Assembly: GCA_045837725.1 (NCBI GenBank) | Contig: JBEWZL010000202.1 | Location: 186,001 to 250,000, forward strand | Length of the DNA: 64,000 bases | DNA from: Vermamoeba vermiformis | Lineage: Eukaryota | Direction of reading: 5' to 3' | Shown here: positions 50,820-64,000 of the stretch, in pieces | Position numbering within the stretch: position 1 is the first letter of the stretch | Layout: every line of letters begins with the position of its first letter | The notes under the pieces: model-generated | Told to the model about the DNA's origin: nothing | Seen by the model: the letters and a program-made list of their open reading frames with translations, nothing else | Database searches by the model: none | Position numbers and translations under genes: made by a program

Positions 50820-53800
50820 CGAATGCGGCAACTTACGTCGTGTTAGGTATGTCACCGCACCAAATGGAAGACAATAATATGTAGATATGTATAAACTCAA
50901 TATTCAAGTTTGCGGCAGCGAGCATTTTGAGTTTTCGAGCTCATCCGTAGTCAAAGTGCTGCTGACGAAGAAAGAGAAAGAAAATTGGAAAATCAAACCT
51001 ATATTGGATCGACGCACGAAAAAGCTACAATGGAAAGATGGCTTTCAAATGTAAGTAACCAAGACAAGATTACTTTTTTCAAATAATTCTTGATTTTATC
51101 TCGATTTAAAATAATACCGTCAATAATGACAAATTAAGCTTCTTACCATTAACGACTAATTTATTTATTCAGCAAATGCTCGCCAAGGGACGAGCTTTCT
51201 GTCAGCGTCACGGATGGCAAAAAATTCATGTAAGTCAGCAAATACAGCGTTTTTACAAGCCTTAATAATATTAACAATTATGTTATCTATCAGTGGCCAA
51301 GGTTATGTTAAAATTGGCTTGATTGCTAACGGCGAACAGGTTAAAATCCCTTTAATGCCAAAATCACTACGAGCACATCTTCGTAAGTTAGTTTTCTATC
51401 AATATTTTATATTAAAGTACTTATTATATAATACCATCCGTAGCGACGTTAATTTTGTTGATTACATTTGAACTTCCAACACGTGACCGAAGTGCTACTT
51501 TGCCGACATTACGGACCGAGACCAAAGCCGATGAACGCGCCGAACTTACGCGCTCTCGAACACCCGAGGCAAGCCCTATTAAATCCTCGAGTAACAAAAA
51601 GAGCATGATTATTGATGACGTGCAAAATGACGACGAACACGATGACTCGGAGAGTGACAGCGATTCTAACAGCGAGGAAGATAATAGAGAAAACTTGTTA
51701 AAACCCAAATTTGAAGATAATAGCGATACTAATAATATGACTGTCGAGGAGGATAATAGAGAGCCAAACGAAATTATTGACACGGGATCCGCTGCTTTTG
51801 AGACAGATCCAGAAACGGTTCAAAAAGAAAGAATAGACTTTAAGACCAATAATAATACTACCGATGCCGAGCACACTCTGAAACTATCGAGTGATTGGTT
51901 AATTTCAGAAGAGAAACTCACCGCCGTTCGTGAAGTTTTGATGTCATCGGATCATTCGCACGACAGTTTGAAAAGTTCATTGGAAGCAGCTGGACATCAC
52001 GTAACGGCACGTGACTTGATATACTATGATTTAAACTAATTATAGTAAATCTAACATGAGCTCTTGTAGAACCACACCGACCCTCTAAAAATAGCGCAGC
52101 TGATCCTCGAAAAACATAGCGAAGTTATTAAAGCATCGGGAGATGACGTTCATGTAAGCAGTATATTCAATACTACTTAATTACGGCATTTATTATTGCG
52201 GCCTAGTGATCAGGCCGACATTATGTTTGACTACTATTAATAATTTTTTGATGATAGGTTTATTACTCGCAATATTCAGGCCTCGTAGTGTACTTGGCCT
52301 TGGACATGACAAAATTGCCCGATGAATACGCGTCAGGATGTGGCATTACTAAATCAAAAAAACTCGTCGCTAAGATCAGTTTTCCTACTGGCGAATACAT
52401 GAGCGACGTAAGAATTCAATTCGCAAGCTAAAAGTATACCATATACTGCGTACTAAAAATAGCAATACAGGTTCCATCACGTGACGCTCACACGCTTGAA
52501 ATTCGATGCAGCGGTTCAACAAATTTTAAAACCGACAAACCGTCTGAATGGACCGTATTCGGACTGTGGTGGACATTAGAGCGAAGAATTACTAAAATTT
52601 TACGGGAAATTTATCCGAGCATTCAGCGGCATTATAAGAAACTTTATGCGAAGGTTAACGCGATGTTGGTGTCGACGACTGACAAGGTCAAAGAACTGAT
52701 TGACATGCTCGAATTGACTCCTCTGCATGTTGGGCTCGTAGAACTTGCTTTGCAGAAATCAAATAATGATGAAGTAAGGCCACATATTCAATAGTGTAGC
52801 AAATGCAAAATGGATCCGGATCTGATTTTTTATTTAGAAAGAAGCTATTAGATTGCTATTAGATGAAGCTTCACGGCATCAGCTCGAATCAGAAGTGCAT
52901 GTTGATGTACTACACGACAAACATTTGAAAAGTAAGTGTAGTAGAGCGGATGTGGCAGTTGAATAACCGAATTTTCTCTTTAGAAAGCAATTTGCTAAAG
53001 AAAATACAAAGGCTGATCCTCAAAGGAATATTTCACAGCGGCAGATATTGTCCTATTTGCGACGCACCTCGGACTTTAAATTACGCCGTAAGTTCAATTC
53101 AATTTTCAATTCTTTAATTAAATTAAGTATACTAACGTCGTTATACTATAGAAGCCTAATGTGTGTCGTAAAAATATGTGCCGTACAATGTTCAATCATT
53201 TAGGTCTCGGTGCAATTTTAGAAACAGAAATTTTACATTCGTCGCGAGTACTCGACTTTTTGATATCGATTACCTACGCAGCAGTGGAGAGCAAGATGCT
53301 AAGTATGCAATAATGATTATAGCCGACGGGTATGCTATACTGATACTAAATCGATCTTATTTTAATAGGGCCATTCCCTTCTGAAGTGCGCGCAATTGAT
53401 AGTGACGGAAAGAAAATTCGATTTCACAAAAGAAAGCCAGAAGAGATAGTACGTATCAAATTCAAATTATAATATGATTGAATACTAATATGTGATTATA
53501 GAAGCAAGTTTTGGATCAAGTTCCACCAATGACTGTGTTACAAAATTGGGTCAAAGAAGGTCGATTGAAAAAAGAATTGGATGCGATTCATCCGCTGACT
53601 TACTTATTGCTCCGGTGGATTATGAACTGCAGTCAAGCACATATTTATGAAAAACAATATGCTGAGGATGACCACATCAATAGCAAAATCGAAGTTAAGA
53701 TCGAACAAACCGAATCCAAACCGATGACTGACGAAGAAATCTACGCGGCGCAATACGCGAACAATGTACCCGTATATAATGCTACTAACAAAATTCAAAT

Positions 53801-54816
53801 ATTCGGCATTCACTGCACACCGCCAAGAAAGGTACACACATTTGACGAATGGTTGAAAAAATTAATTTTTAGTTCATGAATGGTGCTATTTTTGGACGCA
53901 ATCTAATCGGCTATTTTTGTGTAGGAACGATTGTTTCAGATGTACAAAAAGTCTAGCTCTGGGTAAGTGTCATTTAAAAGCTATGTAAAGTTAATGCAAG
54001 ATCTGACCTTCGCCGGATCTCAGAACTTTCTTCGCGTACCATGGAAGTCGATTAGGCAACTGGCATAGTATAATACGCAATGGATTGAAAAACATGAGTA
54101 CGTTATTATGAATCATTTAGAGGTTTTTTTATTGGATCTAATTTATCGGCCGATACTTTAGGTTACACATTAAATGCTGTCAACGGAGCTAGTTATGGGC
54201 CGGGCATATACCTCGCCACTGAGCCTAATACCTCACTAGGATATGCTACAAATCATACGGCTATCAAAACTGTAAGTACAAGCTACGTCCGCAATCGGCC
54301 GCAACAAATTGACCTTTGATCGATTAATGCTAGTGGCCTAATACTATGTACGGAACGAATACGGCTCTGTGGAAAATCGTAGCAGTATGCGAGATTGTTC
54401 AGCCAAAAGGAAATCTATCATTCGTAAGAAACAAACGGATGTGGATCCGAAATTTTCCTTAAAAGGGAATCTCTAAATCGCCTGATCTAATACGATTGCT
54501 CGTAGTGTTTAGGTCAGGTCCACAACCCTTTATGTTGGCACAGCCGCTCATCTCCGTTTTATCGTGTTGTAAATAACGATTTGATTGTTACGCGGTACTT
54601 GATCTTCAACTTTTCGCAAGACTTTAGCCATTTTAGACCAGTAGATTGGCAAGTAAGTAACACTACATATGTAAATAGTATAAGAATGCTATTAACAACA
54701 TGTTTAAGCGCGGAGTTGTAAAGCCGATCCAGCCGAGACGTTATCTTTCGGAATGGCTTAAAGACGAAGACAGCGACGAGGAAAAAAGGAGTAATGGTAC
54801 CAACAATAATCAATAG
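50820..54816 (+). CDS. PARP6/8/16-like mono-ADP-ribosyltransferase with an N-terminal C2-like domain and a UBA-like segment (5' end uncertain)
   Basis: FAYHGSRLGNWHSIIRNGL, NGASYGPGIYLA..TSLGY, VAVCEIV, YRVVNNDLIVTRYL; Cys motif YCPICD..KPNVCRKNMC; N-terminal LQWKDGF..LSVSVTDG..FIGQGYVKI (C2-like). Confidence 0.88.
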
Positions 54817-54965
54817 ATATTATAATGACTGTAAATAGCTCAATTCGAATTTTTATTGAGGAGATCTCCTCCATAAAATATTTTGTACTGAATTTATGTT
54901 TATTACTATACATTATTTACATCTTTATAGCCTCAAAATTGATAATATATAATTACTATAAATAT

Positions 54966-55647
54966 CTACTGGCCATTGTATTTGTATTCATATAGCTGGA
55001 AGTTAGATCCATCGAGTTTATAATGCTTCAATTTCAAATTTTTCGTTTCTGAGTCTAATTTGCCGTCAATTGTGATAAAAGGCTTGCCATCGATTTCTTC
55101 GAATGATAATATCAATATATCGTTCTTCTTTACTAGCCACTGGCCCGAATAACTTTTGCCTAAAAATAGAAAATTAGAATTTATTGGATCTTCAGGTAAA
55201 CGAAAGATTGTTTGGTCTTTAATGATTCACGTATACTATGTAATAATACGAAAATGAATGGAGAAAGATTTGATTAAGTATATTTTGATTTCTCCGCAGG
55301 TACAAAAGATTATCCGTCCGACAGGATGTGTGCCAACAAAAATTTAAATTTAAAAGATATTCTAGCAAGCGCTAGTGCTTTATAGTCAAAGAACTCAATT
55401 ATAATTGTAAAGACTGTCGGCATCAACTTTAAATTGAAATTGAATCCACGGTTCAAAAGTAAAGATACTAAAAATAATGAATAAAGAAGGCCTATTTACC
55501 ATTTACCGTAGCTGAAACTGAGCAATCTGCGTCAAATTTTAAACTGTAGTCATTCTCCTCGTTCTTGTACGTCCCGTTAAATTTAATGCCGAGCGGATTC
55601 GTTCCAAGCTCTCCTTTTCTCGGCGACGCTGACTCTTTATTGCCCAT
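54966..55647 (-). CDS. Small, probably N-myristoylated beta-rich protein; 2 exons
   Basis: MGNKES start; GTYKNEENDYSLKFDADCSVSATVNG is spliced to KSYSGQWLV...YKYNGQ*. Confidence 0.6.
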
Positions 55648-56125
55648 TAGTGGCTAGTACTATAACCGCATATTAATAACATGTTTAAAATATCTTTATA
55701 ATGTTGATCTATTTACAGATCGACGCGGAACAATGAAAGAAACACGCGTATTAGATCTGCTTTTACCTACCACCAAAAAATTTTCAGTGACGTGTGGTAC
55801 TCGGATCTGGGACGGTGGAAGAAATAAAAACTAAGCGTGCGTAGAGCTCACAACGTGAGATTAGGGACCATAAATAGAAATTGATTGACAAAAATAGCTT
55901 TGCGCTAAATTAATCACGGGGAACGCCGAGACTCACAAATGCATCGCACTCACTAACTTACCTGTGAAAATAACAAGATAATATTAAATCAATTGTTTGT
56001 TCTCTTCCCGAGCGAATCTGAACCGGATTTCAAATAGGATCGCAAAAAATAAGAATTTAGCCTTCATTTTTATAAATAAATGTTTAATAAATAAAGTGGT
56101 GCTTACTACAATATTAATTTCACTC

Positions 56126-59100
56126 TTAAGGCTGCGAGATAGTAGGCACAGTGTTCGGGATCGAGCAGTATCCAGCGGAGTTGGATGCGCAAGTCGCGTT
56201 AATGTTGTAAAATCCTCTCCAAGAATAGACGTTGTATAATCTAGACCCTTGAGACTCCCAGTACTCGGCTGAGCTTCCAGTTTGCCATGGATCGAGCATC
56301 TTGATGTACAGATGCGGTGCTTGGAAGAAATAATACGTGCCATTGCCAGCCATAACTTGCGCTAATGATGCGGCTTGGAGTAAATTCGTCTTTCTTGAAT
56401 AGTCTTTCCAGCTCAATGAAATGTTGAAAGTTGTGCCTGCGGGATAATTCGTCGCGAATAAGACCCATTGGCCAAACGGGACTTGATGCAGACCAACGCG
56501 CATGGTACGAGGTGCGCCCTGGTTGATCCACACGTGCCAACCGACCTTTGACGCGCCTGTCACTTGCGGGGTACGTGTCATTTTGCATGTCTTGTTGACT
56601 TGTGACACGCCAGCAGGAAGATAGAACAAGCTCGTAACACCAGCCTATAATATTAATATTTTAATATCTAGCTTTAAGATAAGAAAAAATTGGGTTTGGA
56701 AGGTGAAATTTGCGAGGAAAACTTACGTCAACATTCGCGACGGACTCGGATCCGTAGGGACCTCCGCCGTCATAGTCGATCCAGCCAGGCACGAGAGGAG
56801 CCAAACTGATGACTTCTCGGCTGCCTTTATCGCAATAATGAGCTTTCCAATCGGGCTGATACACGCACGTGTTGTCGTAGGCCCACCAAGTCGGGTACGA
56901 GCCGATGATTTGCGGCACGCTACGACCGACAGTAGTTCCGTCGTAGTCATAGATACTGAAGTAGCGTGATGAACCCGTATCACGGTAGTAGTTACGCACA
57001 CGCTGGCTGTATGGCACGTTAGTGTACGTGATGTTCTTGACGGCGGCGATGCCTTGAGGCTTGTACACATCGCTGTGAGTCAAAGCAGTGAAGATGATGT
57101 TGTCTTGAGTGGGGTCAAGAGGAGCGTTAGGCACGGGCAAGAAGTTTCTGTACTCGACGTTGGTAATGATTGCCTTGACGTCCGTGTCATAGAACTCGAA
57201 ACCGTTGGACTTGCGACTAGGCGAAGCCAAGTACTGCGTGTTGTTAGTCGTGGCTGCAATGAGGGCTTGATCGAGGTAACTGCTGAAGAGACGGCCAGCC
57301 TTGACACAATCGTGTGACTCGTACTTTGTGACTTGAAGTTTGATGCCCCAGAACATAATGCCAAGATGACAGGCAAAAGTCTTGGTGTTCGTGAAGTTGT
57401 TGAAGGCAACGGGATTACGAGACTGGCGTCCAGTATCATACTTGAGCAATCCAGTGGCTGTGTCAGTCCATAATCGGCCTCCCATGTAGATGCAAGGAAT
57501 GCCCTCGCCGACGTTGGTAAAGCCCGCAGAGTGTGCCGTATTGCCGTCAAACTCGAGTACAGGCCTGAGTTCTGGCACCACGGAGACGTTTGCGCTCAAG
57601 CCAATAGGCTTTGCCAAATTAGGAAAAGCGAAGCCGGCCCAACCACCCGAAGCAGCATTGCCGAAAATACGATTGTAAGCATTGGTGATGTAAAAACCTG
57701 ATGCGGCAACGTCGGCGGGCAAAGTCAAGTTTTCGTTTTGCGTGAAGACGTTGACGCCAGCTTGGCCAGTGATAGCATTAGCGTAGATCGTGTGAATATG
57801 CGAGGCCAAGTTATATGCAATAGTATTGTTCTCTTCAACACCTTCTTCCAAGTAATAGCAGAATCCACGTACATCATACGCGACGTTACGAATGACGCTG
57901 GCTTGGTGCGTGCCGTGAATAGAGACACAACGGAAGAACGAGCGTTGAACGGAACAATCGCGCATGAACGAAGTCGGGGCCTGACCAATCATGTGGAAGT
58001 GGAAAGGATACCGCGCCAAGACGTTAGTTTGACCCATGCGATAGGCACGCACTCCGCTGAACCGGCCTTCACCACGGACCATCACGTGACCACCGAAAGA
58101 TTGGGTTTCAGAGTCGGGTGAGCCTTGAATGGTAATTCTACGCGATAACAAGCCAACTTCAGCTTGGTACTCGGCACCGGCGTAGTGGATGTAGACAAAA
58201 GTTTCGTTGAATTGGATTCTACGGCCAGAGATAGCAGTGATAGTCATAACTTCGTTCTTCTTAGTCTCTTCGTCACGGAGGTCAGTTGAAGTAACAACGA
58301 CTTGTTGGCCCACGTGCCAGTTAACGTTGTCTTGGATCCAAATCTGGTTGTCGCCGGGCCAAGCAGTTGCGGCCAAACGAGTCCAAGTATAGTGATATTG
58401 CTTGCCGTGAATATCGATCTTGCCAGGGACACCAATACCCTTGCTGCCCATGAACGGACCAATGGTGTCGGATGTGCTCTTCGATCCGTACAAAGTAATC
58501 GTGATCTCGGAATAGAGACGGCAGTTCTGCGAGCCAATGCGCAAATGACCTTGCACGAGCATAGCCTTGATGTTCAAGTTGATAGGAGCGTCGTTGAAGA
58601 TCAACTCGCTGCCAGCAGGAACGATGATCTTCTCATAGACAGCCGTTGAAAGTGAGCAAGAAGTGATCAAGACCTTCGAATTGGCAGGAATCGTAATGAC
58701 GGAACTCGGTGAGGGAACAACACCACCCCACGTCGCGTTATCGTGCCACAACTTGAGACCAGCTTGCAAATGCGGGCACTCAGTTCTGTTGTTCAGATCC
58801 AACGTGGTCGAGGGCTTGCGAAGCGTGACAAACTCGGCGTTCTTAGAAATCAAAGTAGGCGTTGTAATGGGCGTTGGCAAGACGTCAATGCGGAGCTTGC
58901 GGAATTGCAGCAAAATTGCACGACCGAACGAAGCTGTTGTTCGGAAGTAGGCGGCAAGAGGCACGTTAGGAGCCAAGTTTCCCTTTGACGAGACGGTTCC
59001 TTCGAACTTGACCCAAGTCGTGGACCAATTGGTGAAGTTAGCTGCTGAAGGCTGATAGTCATATGTATAGGTCGAGTTGGTGCCGGCACTAGGAGGAATA

Positions 59101-59951
59101 GGCTGGTTGGCAAAAGTTGTTTTGAACAAGGCAAATTTCACTTCCGCAGGCGTGATGGCGGTGTCGTTAGTGCTGACTTCAAACGAGAACTTGTACTTGA
59201 AATCCGCTTGGTTGCGAACAAAAAGCAAGTCAGTCGTCGGCACGAGCCACCATTGTGTCGAGTACCAGTTGGGCAACACAGCGTTCAAAACCAATCCGGT
59301 ACTGTCCGTGGTGTATGACAGTGTCGGAGACCACCAGTCAGTAGTAATCCTCCAGCCAGTGGGGTATATTGAGACTTGCGGCCGAGTGCTCGAAAGTGCT
59401 GGTGAAGTGGGAACCGTATCAACGGCAACCGGATCTGCGGAACACGCAGCATTGACGCCACTGAGCATAGCGTTGGCGCCTTCAGAAAGGGTTAGCGTTA
59501 GTGTATGTTTATAGTACTCGACAAGGGCTACACGTACCAAAGATAGCGAGACCCACTGCTTTAGTCTTGGTGTTCAGTGAAAGGGCCAGACCGACGAGTC
59601 CGAGCAATGAGATACTCGCTGTAGCAACCGAATCACGGTGCAGCAATGCACTAGCGCGTTCCTATAGTAATAGGGCATGGTCAGAATCATTTGATTCAAT
59701 TTCAGTCGTTGCAACCGGACAAAAAAATCTTTGTTTCAGATCCGCAGATCAAAACTTGAATTCGTTGATATGCTGCCCGGTGCTTTTGAAGTGTTAGTAG
59801 TACGTACCAATTGCTTCAGAGACATGAGTTTAGCGTCGTTGGATGACGTAGTGCTTTGGTATTGGTTGACGCATTGCGTGGCACTGGATGTGGCTGCAAG
59901 ACCACATAGGAGAGCCACAGTGAGAGTGGCTAGTAATAAGTGACCACGCAT
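56126..59951 (-). CDS. Secreted G8-domain/beta-helix protein (TMEM2/CEMIP/PKHD1-like)
   Basis: Signal peptide; WHDNATWGGVVP..VITIP (G8), TWTRLAATA, AEVGLLSRRI, MGQTNVLARYPFHFH, RCVSIHGT and CYYLEEGVEENN. Confidence 0.92.
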
Positions 59952-60863
59952 TGTGTTGTCGACGCTGCGTAATTAAATTGTGAAATGATCAGTTGATTTC
60001 GTCGCGTTTTTAAAGCTGTCCATACCGCGATTCTGACAAGATGTCTGGTGTCAAACCGCGTGCTTGATCCACAAAATCATTTCGCTAAATCGTATCTATT
60101 ACGCAGTGTGTATTGTCGCTTACGTCTATTTGGTCTTGAATACTCCAACCTAGATGGATCCAACGTAACTGCAGTGTATTTCAAAAATTATCGATAAACC
60201 GCGTGTAGCAATTTGCTAATTAAGGAAATAAAAGATTCGCGGCAGGAAGTTTTGTAGCCGCAAATGAGATACGCTAAACTGCAATGCAATTAATTACCCC
60301 GTCAGGACGTTAATCACAACGGATGTACCAGTAGCAAAATTATATTGTAGCGGACCATTTTGAACAATGGGTACTAAAGGAATTGAAATACACCTTTATA
60401 AAGCATTTTGAGGCTATTTTCTCGAGCGTAAAGACGGATTTTAAGGACGTTTTTTTGATCAAAAAAAATCAAATCACTACGAATAATTACGCTCTATAAA
60501 ACTCGTGCATTATGGACCACATTAGAAATAATTATGGTAACGAATATAAATTTATTGCCTCTGCAACAAAGATCGGATTTCAAAAACACAAAAAATCTTC
60601 TATTACTTGTTCATGGTTAAAATTATCACATTACCTGTGCTAAATAATTCATTATATGGCACGTTGATCAGTTCGATAGCTTGCATTATATTGTCTCTGC
60701 AATTAAATAAGAAAAACAATAACGGGCTGTTTTTAGCGGCAGAAATTGTCAATCATTTAGACCCTTTAATTATTTGTTATTAATAACACGCATCTGCATT
60801 GTTAATTTATCCACCCAATTGCGTTGAAACGAAGTTTGACGGCAGTCGTGGTGGATTTGAGTG

Positions 60864-63800
60864 ATGCAGAGAACGTTGATCAAAGCCATTGTGATTGGCA
60901 TCACGTTTTTATTTTATATAGCCACTAACGATAATGTAATTGGTATTAAACAACATAATCAATTGCGATCTAAAGCATCCGGGGTGTCACAATACAGATT
61001 AGTCGCTGAAGAAGTGGATGCGGCCACAAATAATACAATTCCAGCTGGCGAGGATTTTCCATCGGTAAGAATACATTAATAATGCTATTTTACTTGTTGT
61101 AATTTTCTAAATATTCGGCAAAAATTAGTATTTCGGATTCTCTCTGTTAGAATCTTTCTCGAATAGCTCCCATAATAATTAATTATTTATTTATACAATT
61201 TTTGATTAATATTCCAATAAATCGATTGAAAGTATTTACCACAGAATTTTCGCCCTAACATTTGTCCGACAAATCCAGATCGCATTAAATAAATTATTAA
61301 CGATATTATTTGCAGCAAGCCTGTATCGATATTAATTTGCACGAAGATCGGTGCGAATATGTGAGGCAGATGTGCACCGAAACTGAAGGCTTTGTAAATT
61401 ACCTCGAGCTTCATTATTGCACGTTCCAAGACAAAGCTTGGCTCTCCTTATCAATATTGGTAAGCCCAAATATTCATATAATACAGAGAAATTGATAAAT
61501 CTACTATTGATTCACATGTAACTCGTACTGTCTAATGTCAAGTCAAATTTTATTTTTAAACCAAATCTTTATCGCTTTGAATACGGTTAATTACATCAAT
61601 TTTCTTTGAAATATAGATCATTATGTTGCGGTTAATAACTGATGCGTATTACAGCTTATTTTGATGTTGATCTACTTCTATATGCTTGGATCCACCGCCG
61701 AACGATTCTTTTGTCCTGCTTTAGCTAGGGTTTCCGAAGGCTTGAATCTATCGCCAAACGTAGCAGTAAGTACCTATACATCTATTATTAGCGTATAGTC
61801 GTGTACTGGCAATTTTTGGCTGAAATTTATTTTGCGAAAAAATTCTTCGGAAAATAATTATGCAATCGATAATGAGAATTAATACCGTATAACTCGCTAA
61901 TATGATCGTATTTGATCGTAGGGCGTTACTTTGTTGGCTCTTGGTAATGGTTCGCCAGATATTTTCGCTCAAGTTGCAGCGGCCAATAACGGCGTATTTT
62001 CTACTGCTATGGGCACGATGTTAGGTATAATACTTATATATATATGTCATGGCCGGGACCTATGATTAATATACGCTATTAATAGGCTCGAGCTTGTTCG
62101 TGTGTACTGTAGTCGTTGGTCTCATTACATTGGTCTCAAAAAGTGCGGTGACCGTTACACGACGACCCTTCATTAGGTACGACAATATTTATATCAATTA
62201 TTGGTATTATAGCACCTAATAATATGTATTATATTAGAGACGTATTGTTCTTCATGATCTCTGTAGTATTTTTGTTCCTCGTGTGCTGGGACAACAAGAT
62301 CTACGTCTGGGAATCCGCCTCCTTGATCGGCCTATACATAAGGTACTACATTATTATATTAAATATTAATACACAGCTAATAGATCTCGTACCAATTTTT
62401 CTATCGAAAACGCGATCCAACTTTTCGTACGAATTTCATTCTAATATTTCCTTTTTATAGCTACGTACTAGTAGTAGTAATTGCACGCATTATTTATCAA
62501 CGAAGCAAGAAACAAAGAAAGCTAGAGAAGCGTGAGAACACTGAGGCTTCGTTGATTGCTAACGATAGTCTGCGTGATCGTGAAGACGGGCTGATTATTG
62601 AAGACGATGAAAATAACAGCGCTGAAAAACGCGAAGTTGATCGAATGATTAACGGCGAGTCAATTGATGAGAATGAAGAAGTAGAGTCGTAAGTATTGAT
62701 AGTTTATTATGCAGGGTTTCTTTCTGCGTATTAATTTTATATCATATCATATTATCAATTTATACACGTTATTAATATAACTTATTTATAGGGTTGATAC
62801 TAGATCCGCTGAATTTGGTATATACTCGATAATCTCTTGTTTAAAATTGCTTAATTTGCTTTATCTTGAAATTTATGTATTATTAAGGCATTATGCTAAT
62901 ATAATGTTGTATTAGATGCAAGAAGAAGACGTCGTACATTGGCGGCAAGATTTTTCCGCAAATTAGAGTACGGCGTGTCGTACTTCGCCAAGACTGGTGT
63001 GTTCATGAAAAAGAAGAAAAAGCACGTGGCTGAAGACACACATCAATTCAACGTGAACGCGTCTGAGAGTCAGTATTATGATGACGTGCATTATAAGAAG
63101 CGAACTTGGCCCGAGAAATTCCACGAGTACGTCCGGAAATTTTATTTTCTCGTTGTGCAGTTTGATTAATAATATTTCCTTTTTTAGCTATTTCCATACT
63201 CTTGGAGAATATTTTGATTGGTTTGAACAAGTAAGATGAATTTTTTAAAACGGATCGAGCCAACTTTAATTTTGTACAGGGCCCTAAGAATAGAATTTTG
63301 ACGATCATTGATAGTCCTCGATTGCTGGCGCAGCATTTGACCATTCATTACAGCGAGAGCGACAAATACTTCAGAACTTTTTACGTCTTGCAACCGATCT
63401 GCATTCCGTTGTTCTTTTTCCTCGTATTTGATGGTACAAATCATTTTATTATTTACGAACGAATAGTCATATTAATTATTGATAGCTTGGAGCTTTACTT
63501 GGTTAGTCCCCGGTCCTTTCTGGATTTGGATCTTGGGCCTTGGTGCATTGTTATCACTTGCAGTCTTCTTAACAACAGTGGATTATAAGCCACCCCCCTA
63601 TGAATGGGTACGTTCTATCAATCAGTACAATGCATTGGAAGTATTCTAACGTAACCAACATTGTAGGCATTTATCGTGTTTGGCATGCTCATGGCAATCG
63701 TGTGGATTTATTTGATCGCGGCTGAACTCGTTGGAATTATTACGGTAAGATATACCCGACGGCTTCTATCAATAAATGTAAAGGTACTAATGTCCGATAA

Positions 63801-64000
63801 TTACTATAATAGGCAGCGGGTCTGATTTTGGGTATCTCGAATGCAATCATGGGCTTGACGATTATAGCGTGGGGTAATTCTGTCGGAGATTCAGTCTCGA
63901 ACATTATTGTCTCGCGCAAAGGTCACCCTCAAATGGCTATTGCTGCCTGCACTGCTGCACCATTGACCAGTAAGTCCAATTTCATTTTCTTAAGAAATTC
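60864..64000 (+). CDS. Cation/Ca2+ exchanger, NCLX/CCX (SLC8B1-like); runs off the window end
   Basis: Alpha-1 repeat AGVTLLALGNGSPDIF, alpha-2 repeat MGLTIIAWGNSVGDSVSN..KGHPQMAIAAC, and the luminal C..GFVNYLELHYC motif. Confidence 0.95.

Noticed and set aside
56703-59514. Many short ORFs overlapping the G8 gene
   Set aside because: Alternative-frame or antisense shadows of a GC-richer coding exon.

Overview
Gene-dense, intron-rich eukaryotic DNA with the standard genetic code, short AT-rich GT-AG introns and at least two GC-AG introns. The gene content suggests a free-living protist, most likely an amoebozoan; this is inference from a Grl-like class C GPCR, a G8 protein and an F-box expansion. 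About 22 genes or gene remnants can be reconstructed by manual splicing: a secreted subtilisin-like 5' end plus a decayed paralog, a GPI-anchored cupredoxin, an ABHD1/3-like hydrolase, Nup214, two unknown proteins, an F-box/PP2-lectin-like protein, mS41 head-to-head with PIG-Y, calcineurin A, a turning-over F-box cluster (ANK-F-box, tandem F-box pair, ANK remnant, LRR with C-terminal F-box), a membrane-anchored protein built from about 65 proline-containing heptads, a rhomboid, a coiled-coil protein, a VWA-FN3-IFI44-like GTPase, a class C GPCR, a permuted NlpC/P60 enzyme, a C2/UBA/PARP6-8-like mono-ART, a small myristoylated protein, a G8/beta-helix protein and an NCLX/CCX exchanger. The most unusual items are the Pro-heptad repeat protein, the IFI44-like multidomain GTPase, the F-box cluster and a recurrent paired RGATCY motif in introns. 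No rRNA, tRNA, CRISPR array or autonomous transposon was seen. All exon structures and family calls come from reading motifs by eye, not from database searches.
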